A program made the translations under genes and the position numbers. A stretch of 42,617 bases of DNA from the IMG/VR virus record IMGVR_UViG_3300035400_000018; one strand, given 5' to 3'. Shown here piece by piece: positions 6,923 through 13,428 of this stretch. The first letter of the stretch is position 1. Every line of letters begins with the position of its first letter. Source of the stretch: a virus. The notes under the pieces were generated by a model, which worked only from the letters and a program-made list of their open reading frames with translations, was not told the DNA's origin and did no database searches.

Positions 6923-7452
6923 GACTGTTCCTCCGGCAGGCGGAAAAGGCCGGCGTCGTAGAGGTTTGCCGCAAACTCTTTTTGGAGCCTGAGCGCCAAC
7001 GCCCCGCCCTCGGCGGCAGGGCGGGCCCAGTTTTCCATGGCCGCATCCACCGCCCGCTCCTTGTCGGATTTGAGGGGGCGCAGGTCGTTAACATGAGTGC
7101 CGATATAGCTCCTGCGATCCGTTCCGTTCCGCCACACCACGGTGTCAACATCAACGGCCAAGACGGTAACTTTTGCCCATACTTTTCTGTTCTCAATCCA
7201 TGCCTCAACCTCGGCCCCCACAGGCGGCAGGCCATCCTCGGGGCCGCGCCATGCGGTGGGGCGGGAGGTGAAGCCGGGACGGTCTCTTTCCGGAGTCTGA
7301 GAACAATCTTTCGTCCACGCTTTAGGTCCGACAAAGGCCGGGAAGAAAAGCCAGCAGCCCGCCTCTTTCCGGTACCATCCGGGCACATTGCTGTCGCCAA
7401 AAGCGGCGTGCGTCGCGCCCTCCGGCGCCTTGCTCCAATCAATCTCGCTCAT
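6919..7452 (-). CDS. Hypothetical protein (177 aa)
   Basis: ATG 7452 (MSEIDWSKAPEGATH...) follows GGAGGGGG and overlaps the upstream stop (ATGA). Confidence 0.55.
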   Translation of the reverse strand: MSEIDWSKAPEGATHAAFGDSNVPGWYRKEAGCWLFFPAFVGPKAWTKDCSQTPERDRPGFTSRPTAWRGPEDGLPPVGAEVEAWIENRKVWAKVTVLAVDVDTVVWRNGTDRRSYIGTHVNDLRPLKSDKERAVDAAMENWARPAAEGGALALRLQKEFAANLYDAGLFRLPEEQS

Positions 7453-7715
7453 GACTGCCCCCTCCACATCAGGTTGGCACCGTTGACGGTTACCGCGTAT
7501 GGCTGACCATCAGCCAGACTCCTGGCCGCCCGAACCCAGGATTCGGCCCGGTACGCTGCGCAAGCGAGATCCATGTCGCCTGCGCTGAGGGCGCACTCCC
7601 ACCAGCCATCCAGGCGGCACTGGTAGAACATGGCCAGATCGTGGTTCGAGGAAATCGCGGCCCGGTATCCCTGGTGGGCCAGCACCGTCAGGCTGTGCAG
7701 TTGATCGCTGTTCAC
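7449..7715 (-). CDS. Hypothetical protein (88 aa)
   Basis: Coupled to its neighbours by 4-nt overlaps. No recognised motif. Confidence 0.5.
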   Translation of the reverse strand: MNSDQLHSLTVLAHQGYRAAISSNHDLAMFYQCRLDGWWECALSAGDMDLACAAYRAESWVRAARSLADGQPYAVTVNGANLMWRGQS

Positions 7716-8032
7716 GGCTCGTTCCTCCGTTCTGCGTCCGCCTCAATCAGCCGGCGGGCTTCCTGTTTGTAGCTGTCGGTCTTCATCAGCTCGTTGATCA
7801 CGTCGTCACGGATCGCCCGGAACTCACGGCGGCGGTTCAGCGCCTTCCAAAGCTGCTCCGGCTCAATCGCCCGACCGGCCCCGGTGAGCATCAGCGCCTC
7901 TTCTTCTTCGCGCTCGAAATCCTCACCCTCGGGGGTATCGAGGAAATCCAGGTCGTCTTCCGGCAGTTGGTCGTCGTAGGCGCGCTGGGCGCTGCTGAAC
8001 GCTGCGTTGGCTTGAAGGGCTGTCTGGCTCAT
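7712..8032 (-). CDS. Hypothetical acidic protein (106 aa), first gene of the early-left operon
   Basis: ATG 8032 lies about 30 nt downstream of the predicted PL start. Very acidic central segment. Confidence 0.55.
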   Translation of the reverse strand: MSQTALQANAAFSSAQRAYDDQLPEDDLDFLDTPEGEDFEREEEEALMLTGAGRAIEPEQLWKALNRRREFRAIRDDVINELMKTDSYKQEARRLIEADAERRNEP

Positions 8033-8068
8033 TTCGTTCCCCTGCGGGTTGTCCGTGTTGATGGGGTA

Positions 8069-8097
8069 ATTATGGGAAACCCCATATTAGGGGTCAA
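8069..8097 (-). promoter_or_regulatory. PL-like early-left promoter
   Basis: Minus strand reads TTGACC (8097-8092), a 17-nt spacer, then CATAAT (8074-8069). An operator occupies the spacer/-10 and a second overlaps the -35. Confidence 0.55.
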
Positions 8098-8111
8098 TGG
8101 GCAAACCCATA
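8071..8111. promoter_or_regulatory. OL operators: two 16-bp palindromes of the TATGGG-N4-CCCATA family
   Basis: TATGGGAAACCCCATA (8071-8086) and AATGGGCAAACCCATA (8096-8111), centres 25 bp apart, plus an extra CCCATA half-site at 8116-8121. Same consensus as the three sites at 9533-9596. Confidence 0.6.
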
Positions 8112-8171
8112 ATTTCCCATATTATTTGTGACCGGACAGTCACGGCAGGATGAATCAGGGAGTCGCAGGCA

Positions 8172-8196
8172 CAAAAAAGCCCGCGCTGGGCGGGCT
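8172..8196 (-). terminator. Intrinsic terminator ending the repressor operon
   Basis: Minus strand reads AGCCCGC-CCAGC-GCGGGCT followed by TTTTTTG. Lies 24 nt after the stop of gene 8220..8534. Confidence 0.65.
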
Positions 8197-8219
8197 CTTG
8201 GTGGGCTATGGCTGGCGGT

Positions 8220-8534
8220 TTACTGGCCGCCCACGCCTTGAAGGATAGGGGAGAGGTACTGCTGAACTATCCACCATCCGCCGCCGAGCACGGCGAGCAC
8301 CGCAACAAGGGCCGCAATCGCGGCCTGGGCGCGGGTCAGCATGTTCTTTTCGATGTTGTCGAGCCGAGACTCCACGCGGACCATGCCCATGCGCAGATCG
8401 TCGGTAATGCTTTCCAGGCGCTCAACTCTACGTTCCATATCGTCAGGCCCTCCGGGGCCGCCGCCTCTCTTTCGTGGTCTATTGTGCGCGGGCAGGCGTG
8501 CCGTGGCAATATCGATGACTTCCGGCTTGGTCAT
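8220..8534 (-). CDS. Membrane-anchored coiled-coil protein (104 aa), XhlA-like architecture
   Basis: Heptad-like segment MERRVERLESITDDLRMGMVRVESRLDNIEKNM followed by one TM helix AAIAALVAVLAVLGGGWWIV. Last gene of the repressor transcription unit. Confidence 0.55.
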   Translation of the reverse strand: MTKPEVIDIATARLPAHNRPRKRGGGPGGPDDMERRVERLESITDDLRMGMVRVESRLDNIEKNMLTRAQAAIAALVAVLAVLGGGWWIVQQYLSPILQGVGGQ

Positions 8535-8815
8535 GGCTGGCCTCCGGCAAGAACGCTGTAGGCAATGCCTAAGGCATTAAAGAAACGGGTGTTCATGCAG
8601 GTCCCACACGTCACCGGCAGGTAGACCATTGTCTTGTTTTCCAAGAAAACCACGTCCTGGTAGAGGTACAGAATGTGCCCGCCCGAAATCCTGGTTATCT
8701 CCCAATCCTGAGACCCGCAGGCTTCGCATTTTGAGAACCCGCCGTTGTCGCTTAGAAACTCGGATAGCTGCTCGTAGGTGACACCCTCAAGCTCTTCGAT
8801 GGTGGATATTTCCAC
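8531..8815 (-). CDS. Small zinc-ribbon-like protein (94 aa, GTG start)
   Basis: Two CxxC pairs (CEACGS, CGTCMN). GTG 8815 lies 4 nt after AGGAGGGG. The ATG 8863 alternative would overlap the repressor end. AT-richer than the flanks. Confidence 0.5.
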   Translation of the reverse strand: MEISTIEELEGVTYEQLSEFLSDNGGFSKCEACGSQDWEITRISGGHILYLYQDVVFLENKTMVYLPVTCGTCMNTRFFNALGIAYSVLAGGQP

Positions 8816-8834
8816 ATCCCCTCCTGGGTTGTTG

Positions 8835-9521
8835 TTATAGTCCGCCACCGCGCCAGGCCACACGCCCGATGATCGGTATGTCGTGCAGCACTTCCGCGCT
8901 GGCGTCTTCGTCTGGGTACCGGCGTTTGTCCGGGTTGTCGCTGGCGACCGTCCAGGTGCCGGTGACGGATTTCTGGATTAGGCGCTTGACGCTGACACCG
9001 CCGTCTGGCCGCAGGATCGCGTAGATCTTCCCGCTGCGCGGCTCCCGGTCAACGCAGTCCACCAGCATCACCTCGCCGTCCATGATGGTGTCGGCCATGC
9101 TGTCGCCCTCGGCGTAGATCACCTGCAAATTCTCAGGCTTCAGGCCCAGCTTGCGCAGCCAGTCGCGTTTGAAGGCCAGTCCACCCTTTACCTCCACATG
9201 ATCGTTCAGGCACCCATCGCCGGCGGCGGCCCGGGCGTCGTACTGGGGGATCAGGGCGTATTCATCCTCAGAGGGGGCGCCGTACTCGGCGGGGTCTTCG
9301 GCCTCGCCGGTGGCGCTGAGCATGTCGCCCACACCCATCACCAGCCAGCGAGGGTTTACACCACACACCGAGGCAATCTGGTATGAAAACGAAGACGAAA
9401 CACTCTTTCCGCGTTCCAGGTCCGAAATCGATGTTTGGTTGAGGCCGATTCGCTCGGCCAGTTGCGCCTGAGTTATCCCGGCGTGCTTCCGAGCGGCCTT
9501 AAGCCTGTCTTTGTATTCCAT
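8835..9521 (-). CDS. CI/LexA-type prophage repressor (HTH_XRE plus S24 autopeptidase, 228 aa)
   Basis: [28 protein letters not shown]-terminal S24 motifs [10 protein letters not shown] (Ser) and VSVKRLI (Lys). Divergent from the cro-like gene. ATG 9521 was chosen because it matches the predicted near-leaderless PRM start. Confidence 0.9.
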   Translation of the reverse strand: MEYKDRLKAARKHAGITQAQLAERIGLNQTSISDLERGKSVSSSFSYQIASVCGVNPRWLVMGVGDMLSATGEAEDPAEYGAPSEDEYALIPQYDARAAAGDGCLNDHVEVKGGLAFKRDWLRKLGLKPENLQVIYAEGDSMADTIMDGEVMLVDCVDREPRSGKIYAILRPDGGVSVKRLIQKSVTGTWTVASDNPDKRRYPDEDASAEVLHDIPIIGRVAWRGGGL

Positions 9522-9528
9522 GAGCGCT

Positions 9529-9557
9529 GTTATATGGGATCGCCCATACCCTTGCAA
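9529..9557 (-). promoter_or_regulatory. PRM-like repressor maintenance promoter
   Basis: Minus strand reads TTGCAA (9557-9552), a 17-nt spacer, then TATAAC (9534-9529). The -10 ends 7 nt before ATG 9521, implying a leaderless or near-leaderless mRNA as for lambda cI. Confidence 0.5.
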
Positions 9558-9596
9558 AAGGGAATCCCCATATTTATAGTTATGGGAAATCCCATA
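9533..9596. promoter_or_regulatory. OR operators: three 16-bp palindromes spaced 24 bp centre to centre
   Basis: TATGGGATCGCCCATA (9533-9548), AAAGGGAATCCCCATA (9557-9572), TATGGGAAATCCCATA (9581-9596). Confidence 0.65.
9552..9580 (+). promoter_or_regulatory. PR-like early-right promoter
   Basis: TTGCAA (9552-9557), a 17-nt spacer, then TATAGT (9575-9580). About 30 nt upstream of cro-like ATG 9610. Confidence 0.55.
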
Positions 9597-9609
9597 TCTG
9601 GAAGTCGCA

Positions 9610-9825
9610 ATGGACAACATCTACCAAGCCCTCGTGAGTCATTTTGGCGGGCAGCTCAAGACTGCGGAAGCCCTGTCTGTGGACCAGTCAACCGTTTCCG
9701 GGTGGGTCCGCGGCATCCACGGGATGTCACCCGGCGTCGCCGTTAAGGCAGAGCGAGCAACGGGCGGCGAGTTTTCCCGCCGCGACCTTTGCCCATCGTT
9801 CCCGTGGGAAGAAACCGCCGCCTAA
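9610..9825 (+). CDS. Cro-like / YdaS-family small HTH regulator (71 aa)
   Basis: Sequence [24 protein letters not shown]. Its position is divergent from the repressor. Confidence 0.7.
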   Translation: MDNIYQALVSHFGGQLKTAEALSVDQSTVSGWVRGIHGMSPGVAVKAERATGGEFSRRDLCPSFPWEETAA

Positions 9826-9864
9826 TCAGACGGTTTCCATTTGGCTTGGAGTGAGAGAGCGAAC

Positions 9865-10284
9865 ATGAGCGAAACGCAGCGAACAATGCCCTTGATGGGC
9901 GCCATCGACACCGAGACGCGGGACGTTGATCCGGTCGCCATAGCGGGCTGCTCGCACTGGTCCCAGGCCCTCCGGCTGTGCCTTCAGCAATCCCGTGTGA
10001 AGCGCGACCAGCGCTCATGGGCTGATCTGCTGGGCATGTCAGTAGGAACCCTGAACACGCTCATGAACGCCGACCATCACGCCAAGCGGGGCGCCCGGGT
10101 GCGGCATCTGGATATGGACATGGTGGCGGAGATCGAGGCCCTGGCCGGCAACAACGCAATCAGCCAGTACCAAGTCATGCGCAAGGCGCGGCAGTTGTAT
10201 TGCCAGCGCGGGCAGGTGAGCCCGGAACAGGAAATGGCAGAGCTTCGGGCGCGGCTGGCCCAGCTTGAGGCGCAATCAGCTTAA
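9865..10284 (+). CDS. Putative CII-like (CP76-type) regulator (139 aa)
   Basis: Position right after cro. Sequence LLGMSVGTLNTLMNADHH resembles the phage 186 CII HTH region (AGMNVQTLRNKLNPEQPH) as I recall it. ATG 9865 follows GGAGTGAGAGAG. Confidence 0.4.
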   Translation: MSETQRTMPLMGAIDTETRDVDPVAIAGCSHWSQALRLCLQQSRVKRDQRSWADLLGMSVGTLNTLMNADHHAKRGARVRHLDMDMVAEIEALAGNNAISQYQVMRKARQLYCQRGQVSPEQEMAELRARLAQLEAQSA

Positions 10285-10290
10285 ACAAGA

Positions 10291-10323
10291 AAGCCCCGGC
10301 GCTTGCAGGCGGAACCGGGGCTT
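10291..10323 (+). terminator. Possible tR1-like hairpin
   Basis: AAGCCCCGG (10291-10299) / CCGGGGCTT (10315-10323) with a 15-nt loop. The T tract after it is poor, so function is uncertain. Confidence 0.3.
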
Positions 10324-10347
10324 TGAGTACGACAACTGGAGATCATT

Positions 10348-11400
10348 ATGAAAGCACGACCGATTTTGTTCAAGCCCGACATGGTGCGCGCCATCCTGGA
10401 TGGTCGGAAGACGCAGACGCGGCGGATTGTTAAGCCGCTGGCCGGCGCTGGGTGGCGGCCTGAAACCGCACACGGCGACGCGCTACGCCTGGGAAAGATC
10501 ACCAGCCCGCACCCGAAGAAGGGCAGATTCGGCCTCTTCATGCGCCGCGAAATCCACCCCGGCAGCGGCAAGTACGAGCACGACCTGGTGCCGTGCCCCT
10601 ACGGCGCCCCCGGTGACGTGTTGGTCCCTGCGGTCGAGATTCCCTTGTTGGGGCGGGCCTATTGCGCTGACATCAGCGGCAACATCTGGTCCCGTGCAAA
10701 GGGTGAGTGGCGGCGACTCAAGGGCAGCCCGAACAGCCGTGGCTACCTAACCGTCACCCCAGCAGTTGACGGCAAGTACAAGACTAGAGCTGTTCATCGC
10801 CTTGTGTGCGAAGCCTTTTATGGGGCAGCGCCAACAGGTATGTCGCAAGTACGCCACCTCGATGGCGACCGGCTCAGCAATCCTCCGCACAACCTGGACT
10901 GGGGAACTCAGGAACAAAACTGGCTTGATCGTGCAGCGCATGGCGGCGGCATGGGGGAGGCCCATCACGCCAGCAAGCTCACTGCGGGTGCGGCAGCGGA
11001 GATTCGCGCATCCTCAGCTTCTCAGCGGGCCCTGGCTGCTCGGTACGGCGTCTCGCAGAGTCAGATCTACTCGGTCAAATCCGGCAAGACGTGGGCGGAG
11101 GATCGGCGGCCGGCACCCTCGAACCTAGAGCGATGGACCAACCATCTCACCCTGGAAATCACCGACGTGCGCGTGGAGCGGTTGCAGGACATCAGCGAGG
11201 ACGATGCCGAGTGCGAAGGCGTCACCCCCGCCACGCCGCCGGAGCAAACCGGCGCCCGCCACAAGCCTGCTTTCCGCCACCTCTGGGAAGACATCAACGG
11301 CGAAGAATCCTGGGCCGCGAACCCCTGGGTCTGGGTCGTGGAGTTTCAGCCCCACCACACGAACGTCGATGCGTTCCTGCGGGGCAGGGAGGTGGCCTGA
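10348..11400 (+). CDS. Chimeric ORF (350 aa): ASCH-like early-protein ends with a complete HNH homing endonuclease in the middle
   Basis: N-terminus MKARPILFKPDMVRAILDGRKTQTRR...PYGAPGDVL and C-terminus LEITDVRVERLQDISEDDAECEGV...NPWVWVVEF. The central part has YCADISGNIWS, GYLTV, AVHRLVCEAFYG and VRHLDGDRLSNPPHNLDWGTQEQN. Confidence 0.75.
   Translation: MKARPILFKPDMVRAILDGRKTQTRRIVKPLAGAGWRPETAHGDALRLGKITSPHPKKGRFGLFMRREIHPGSGKYEHDLVPCPYGAPGDVLVPAVEIPLLGRAYCADISGNIWSRAKGEWRRLKGSPNSRGYLTVTPAVDGKYKTRAVHRLVCEAFYGAAPTGMSQVRHLDGDRLSNPPHNLDWGTQEQNWLDRAAHGGGMGEAHHASKLTAGAAAEIRASSASQRALAARYGVSQSQIYSVKSGKTWAEDRRPAPSNLERWTNHLTLEITDVRVERLQDISEDDAECEGVTPATPPEQTGARHKPAFRHLWEDINGEESWAANPWVWVVEFQPHHTNVDAFLRGREVA
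10624..11121 (+). mobile_element. In-frame HNH (HNH_3-type) homing-endonuclease insertion within ORF 10348..11400
   Basis: About 166 codons with an HNH core and a following HTH-like segment (SQRALAARYGVSQSQIYSV). They replace the central part of the host protein. No separating stop or start. Boundaries are approximate. Confidence 0.55.
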
Positions 11401-12299
11401 TGGCGCGCGCCAGAAACCTCAAGCCCGGCTTTTTCAGAGACGCCAAGGTGGTCTCCTGCTCGTTCCAGGCGCGGATCCTGTTTCAGGGCCTCTGGTGCAT
11501 GGCGGACTACATGGGGCGCCTCAAGTACAACCCCATGGAAGTGAAGATGGAAATCTTCCCGGCGGACGATGTGGACGTGCCGGCATGCATGGAAGAACTG
11601 AACAGCACCGGTCTGATCACGATGTATCACGACTGTTCTGGTGCTGCTCTGGTGCAAGTCACGAACTTTACCAAACACCAGAATCCGCACGTCAACGAAC
11701 GGCAGGACCGGAACAAGAATCCCATCCCGTGCCTCCCTGGTCCCGATGAGGTGGCTGGAAGCGATAATGAAGAGGGAGAGGAAAAACCAACCGTAGAACA
11801 ACGGGTTAAGGATGCTCTGGTAGTGCTCCGAGAGTACTCCGAGAGTGATCCTGCTGATTCCCTTAACCTGATTCCTGATTCCCTCTTCCCCCTTCCTGAT
11901 TCCGGATCCCCTCGAACGGATCCGCCGCCTCCGGCGGGCAGCGCTGGCAAGCAGCGCAAGCTCACATACCCCGACGAGTTCGAGCAAGCGTGGAAGGAGT
12001 ATCCCAAGCGACCAGGGAACAACAAACGCGATGCCTGCAAAGCCTGGGAGGCCCGTGTCAAAGCTGGGGCTGACCCTGATGACATCCTGGCTGGCGTTCA
12101 GCGGTACGCCGCGTTCTGCCGAATCACCGGTAAGACCGGCACCGAATTCGTGAAGCAGGGCGCCACGTTCTTCGGCCCCAGCGAGCACTACCTGGATGAC
12201 TGGACGCCGCCGCCCCCTGGTGGTGGCTCCGGACAACGCCAGGAAACCCCCCACGAGCGCGGTCAGCGCATGGCGAGAGAGCGAGGGATTATCCAATGA
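11400..12299 (+). CDS. Putative replication initiation / origin-binding protein (299 aa)
   Basis: Start MARARNLKPGFFRDAKVV...ARILFQGLWCMADYMGRL and C-terminal YPDEFEQAWKEYPKRPGNNKRDACKAWEARV are patterns I associate with phage replication proteins. TGATG overlap with the upstream gene. The 103-codon N-terminal ORF extension was rejected. Confidence 0.55.
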   Translation: MARARNLKPGFFRDAKVVSCSFQARILFQGLWCMADYMGRLKYNPMEVKMEIFPADDVDVPACMEELNSTGLITMYHDCSGAALVQVTNFTKHQNPHVNERQDRNKNPIPCLPGPDEVAGSDNEEGEEKPTVEQRVKDALVVLREYSESDPADSLNLIPDSLFPLPDSGSPRTDPPPPAGSAGKQRKLTYPDEFEQAWKEYPKRPGNNKRDACKAWEARVKAGADPDDILAGVQRYAAFCRITGKTGTEFVKQGATFFGPSEHYLDDWTPPPPGGGSGQRQETPHERGQRMARERGIIQ

Positions 12300-12946
12300 A
12301 CGCGAACGACTACCCCGAGTTTGTGACGCTGTGGACCCAGGTCTGCGAGGTGTACGGCAAGCCGCCGTCCGATGGCGCCCTGGACCTGATGTTCAACGCA
12401 CTCAAGCGGTTCGACCTGGACGCGATCAAGCAGGCGCTGACAGCCCACGTCAACGACACCCAGCACGGTGATTTCGTGCCCAAGCCTGCCGACATCGTGC
12501 GCCACATCGAAGGCGACGGCGACACCCGGGCTTTGTCCGCCTGGGCCAAGGTTGAGGACGCCATTCGCCGCGTCGGCCCCTACGAATCCGTGGTGTTCGA
12601 CGATCCGCGCACCATGGCGGCCATCGAGGAAATGGGCGGTTGGATCAAGCTCTGCGACGTGACCGACCGCGACCTGCCGTTCAAGGGCAACGAGTTCAAG
12701 AAACGCTATCAGGCGTATATCTCCCGGCCGCCGGAGCGGCACCCGTCGAAGCTGCTGGGCATGAGCGAGGCGACGAACACCGGGGAGCATGACCAGTTCG
12801 TGCCGGAACCGCGCCTGATCGGCAATCCTCAGCGGTGCCTCGCGGTTATGAAGCAGGGCGCCGAGGCACAACCCGGCATTAACCGATTGTCCGACGCGCT
12901 GGATGGCGTGGCGGGCCGACTGACCAGCAAGAGCGAGGTGGCGTAG
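12296..12946 (+). CDS. Putative replication-associated protein (216 aa)
   Basis: Coupled (ATGA) to the preceding replication gene. No firm motif. Assigned by position. Confidence 0.45.
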   Translation: MNANDYPEFVTLWTQVCEVYGKPPSDGALDLMFNALKRFDLDAIKQALTAHVNDTQHGDFVPKPADIVRHIEGDGDTRALSAWAKVEDAIRRVGPYESVVFDDPRTMAAIEEMGGWIKLCDVTDRDLPFKGNEFKKRYQAYISRPPERHPSKLLGMSEATNTGEHDQFVPEPRLIGNPQRCLAVMKQGAEAQPGINRLSDALDGVAGRLTSKSEVA

Positions 12947-13114
12947 ATGAAGACCGAAAACGGATGGGTTCTGCTCGTGGCTCTCGGGTTTGTGGTCGGC
13001 ATGTTTTTTGGCTACCTGCTGACGATTGCCACAACGCAGAAAGACTGCCGCCTCATGGGGGCTTCGCGTATCGGCAACATGACCATCAGCTGCCAAGTGG
13101 AGGACGTGCAATGA
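12947..13114 (+). CDS. Small membrane protein (55 aa), not in the supplied ORF track
   Basis: ATG 12947 directly follows the TAG of the upstream gene. Sequence MKTENGWVLLVALGFVVGMFFGYLLTIATT has one TM helix. The stop overlaps the next ATG (ATGA 13111-13114). Confidence 0.35.
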   Translation: MKTENGWVLLVALGFVVGMFFGYLLTIATTQKDCRLMGASRIGNMTISCQVEDVQ

Positions 13115-13428
13115 AAACCTCCGTCCGCGAATCCAGCCTCATAGCCTACGACACACTCAAGACCGCCGACCTGGGCCGCCAGGAGCGCCAGGTGCTCGCC
13201 GGAGTGGCCCTACTGATCCGTACCGGCCAGCACACCGACGGATGGGTCAGCCGCCGTCAGATCGCGCAGCTCACCGGCCTGGAAACGTCTACCGTGGCGG
13301 CGCGCACCAACTCGCTGATTGCGGCCCGCCGGCTGGTGGAATCCGAGGAACTGCAGCCGTGCCCGGTGACGGGGCGGAACGTGCACATGGTCGGGCTGCC
13401 GGCACCGGCAGGCAAGGAGGCGGCATGA
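13111..13428 (+). CDS. Winged-helix (MarR-like) DNA-binding protein (105 aa)
   Basis: Sequence SRRQIAQLTGLETSTVAARTNSLIAARRLVE. ATG 13111 is coupled to the upstream small ORF. Confidence 0.5.
   Translation: MKTSVRESSLIAYDTLKTADLGRQERQVLAGVALLIRTGQHTDGWVSRRQIAQLTGLETSTVAARTNSLIAARRLVESEELQPCPVTGRNVHMVGLPAPAGKEAA

Noticed and set aside
6729-7442. A 237-aa minus-strand ORF overlapping genes 6602..6922 and 6919..7452 in another frame.
   Set aside because: The translation is Arg/Pro/Gly-rich without motifs. It is out of phase with two ORFs that have RBSs and ATGA coupling. This is a shadow ORF.
10624-11121. Intein interpretation of the in-frame HNH insertion.
   Set aside because: There is no Cys/Ser/Thr at a plausible N-extein/intein junction and no terminal His-Asn followed by Cys/Ser/Thr. 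The only HN dipeptide (PPHNLDW) is the catalytic HNH motif itself. The endonuclease is of the free-standing HNH_3 type rather than the LAGLIDADG/HNH type found in intein scaffolds.
11091-11399. The 103-codon N-terminal extension of the replication-protein ORF (start 11091), and the other long alternative-frame ORFs in 10400-11750.
   Set aside because: The extension overlaps the well-supported 10348..11400 gene in another frame and is Arg/Gly/Pro-rich. The ATG at 11400 has a GGGAGG RBS and a TGATG coupling junction.
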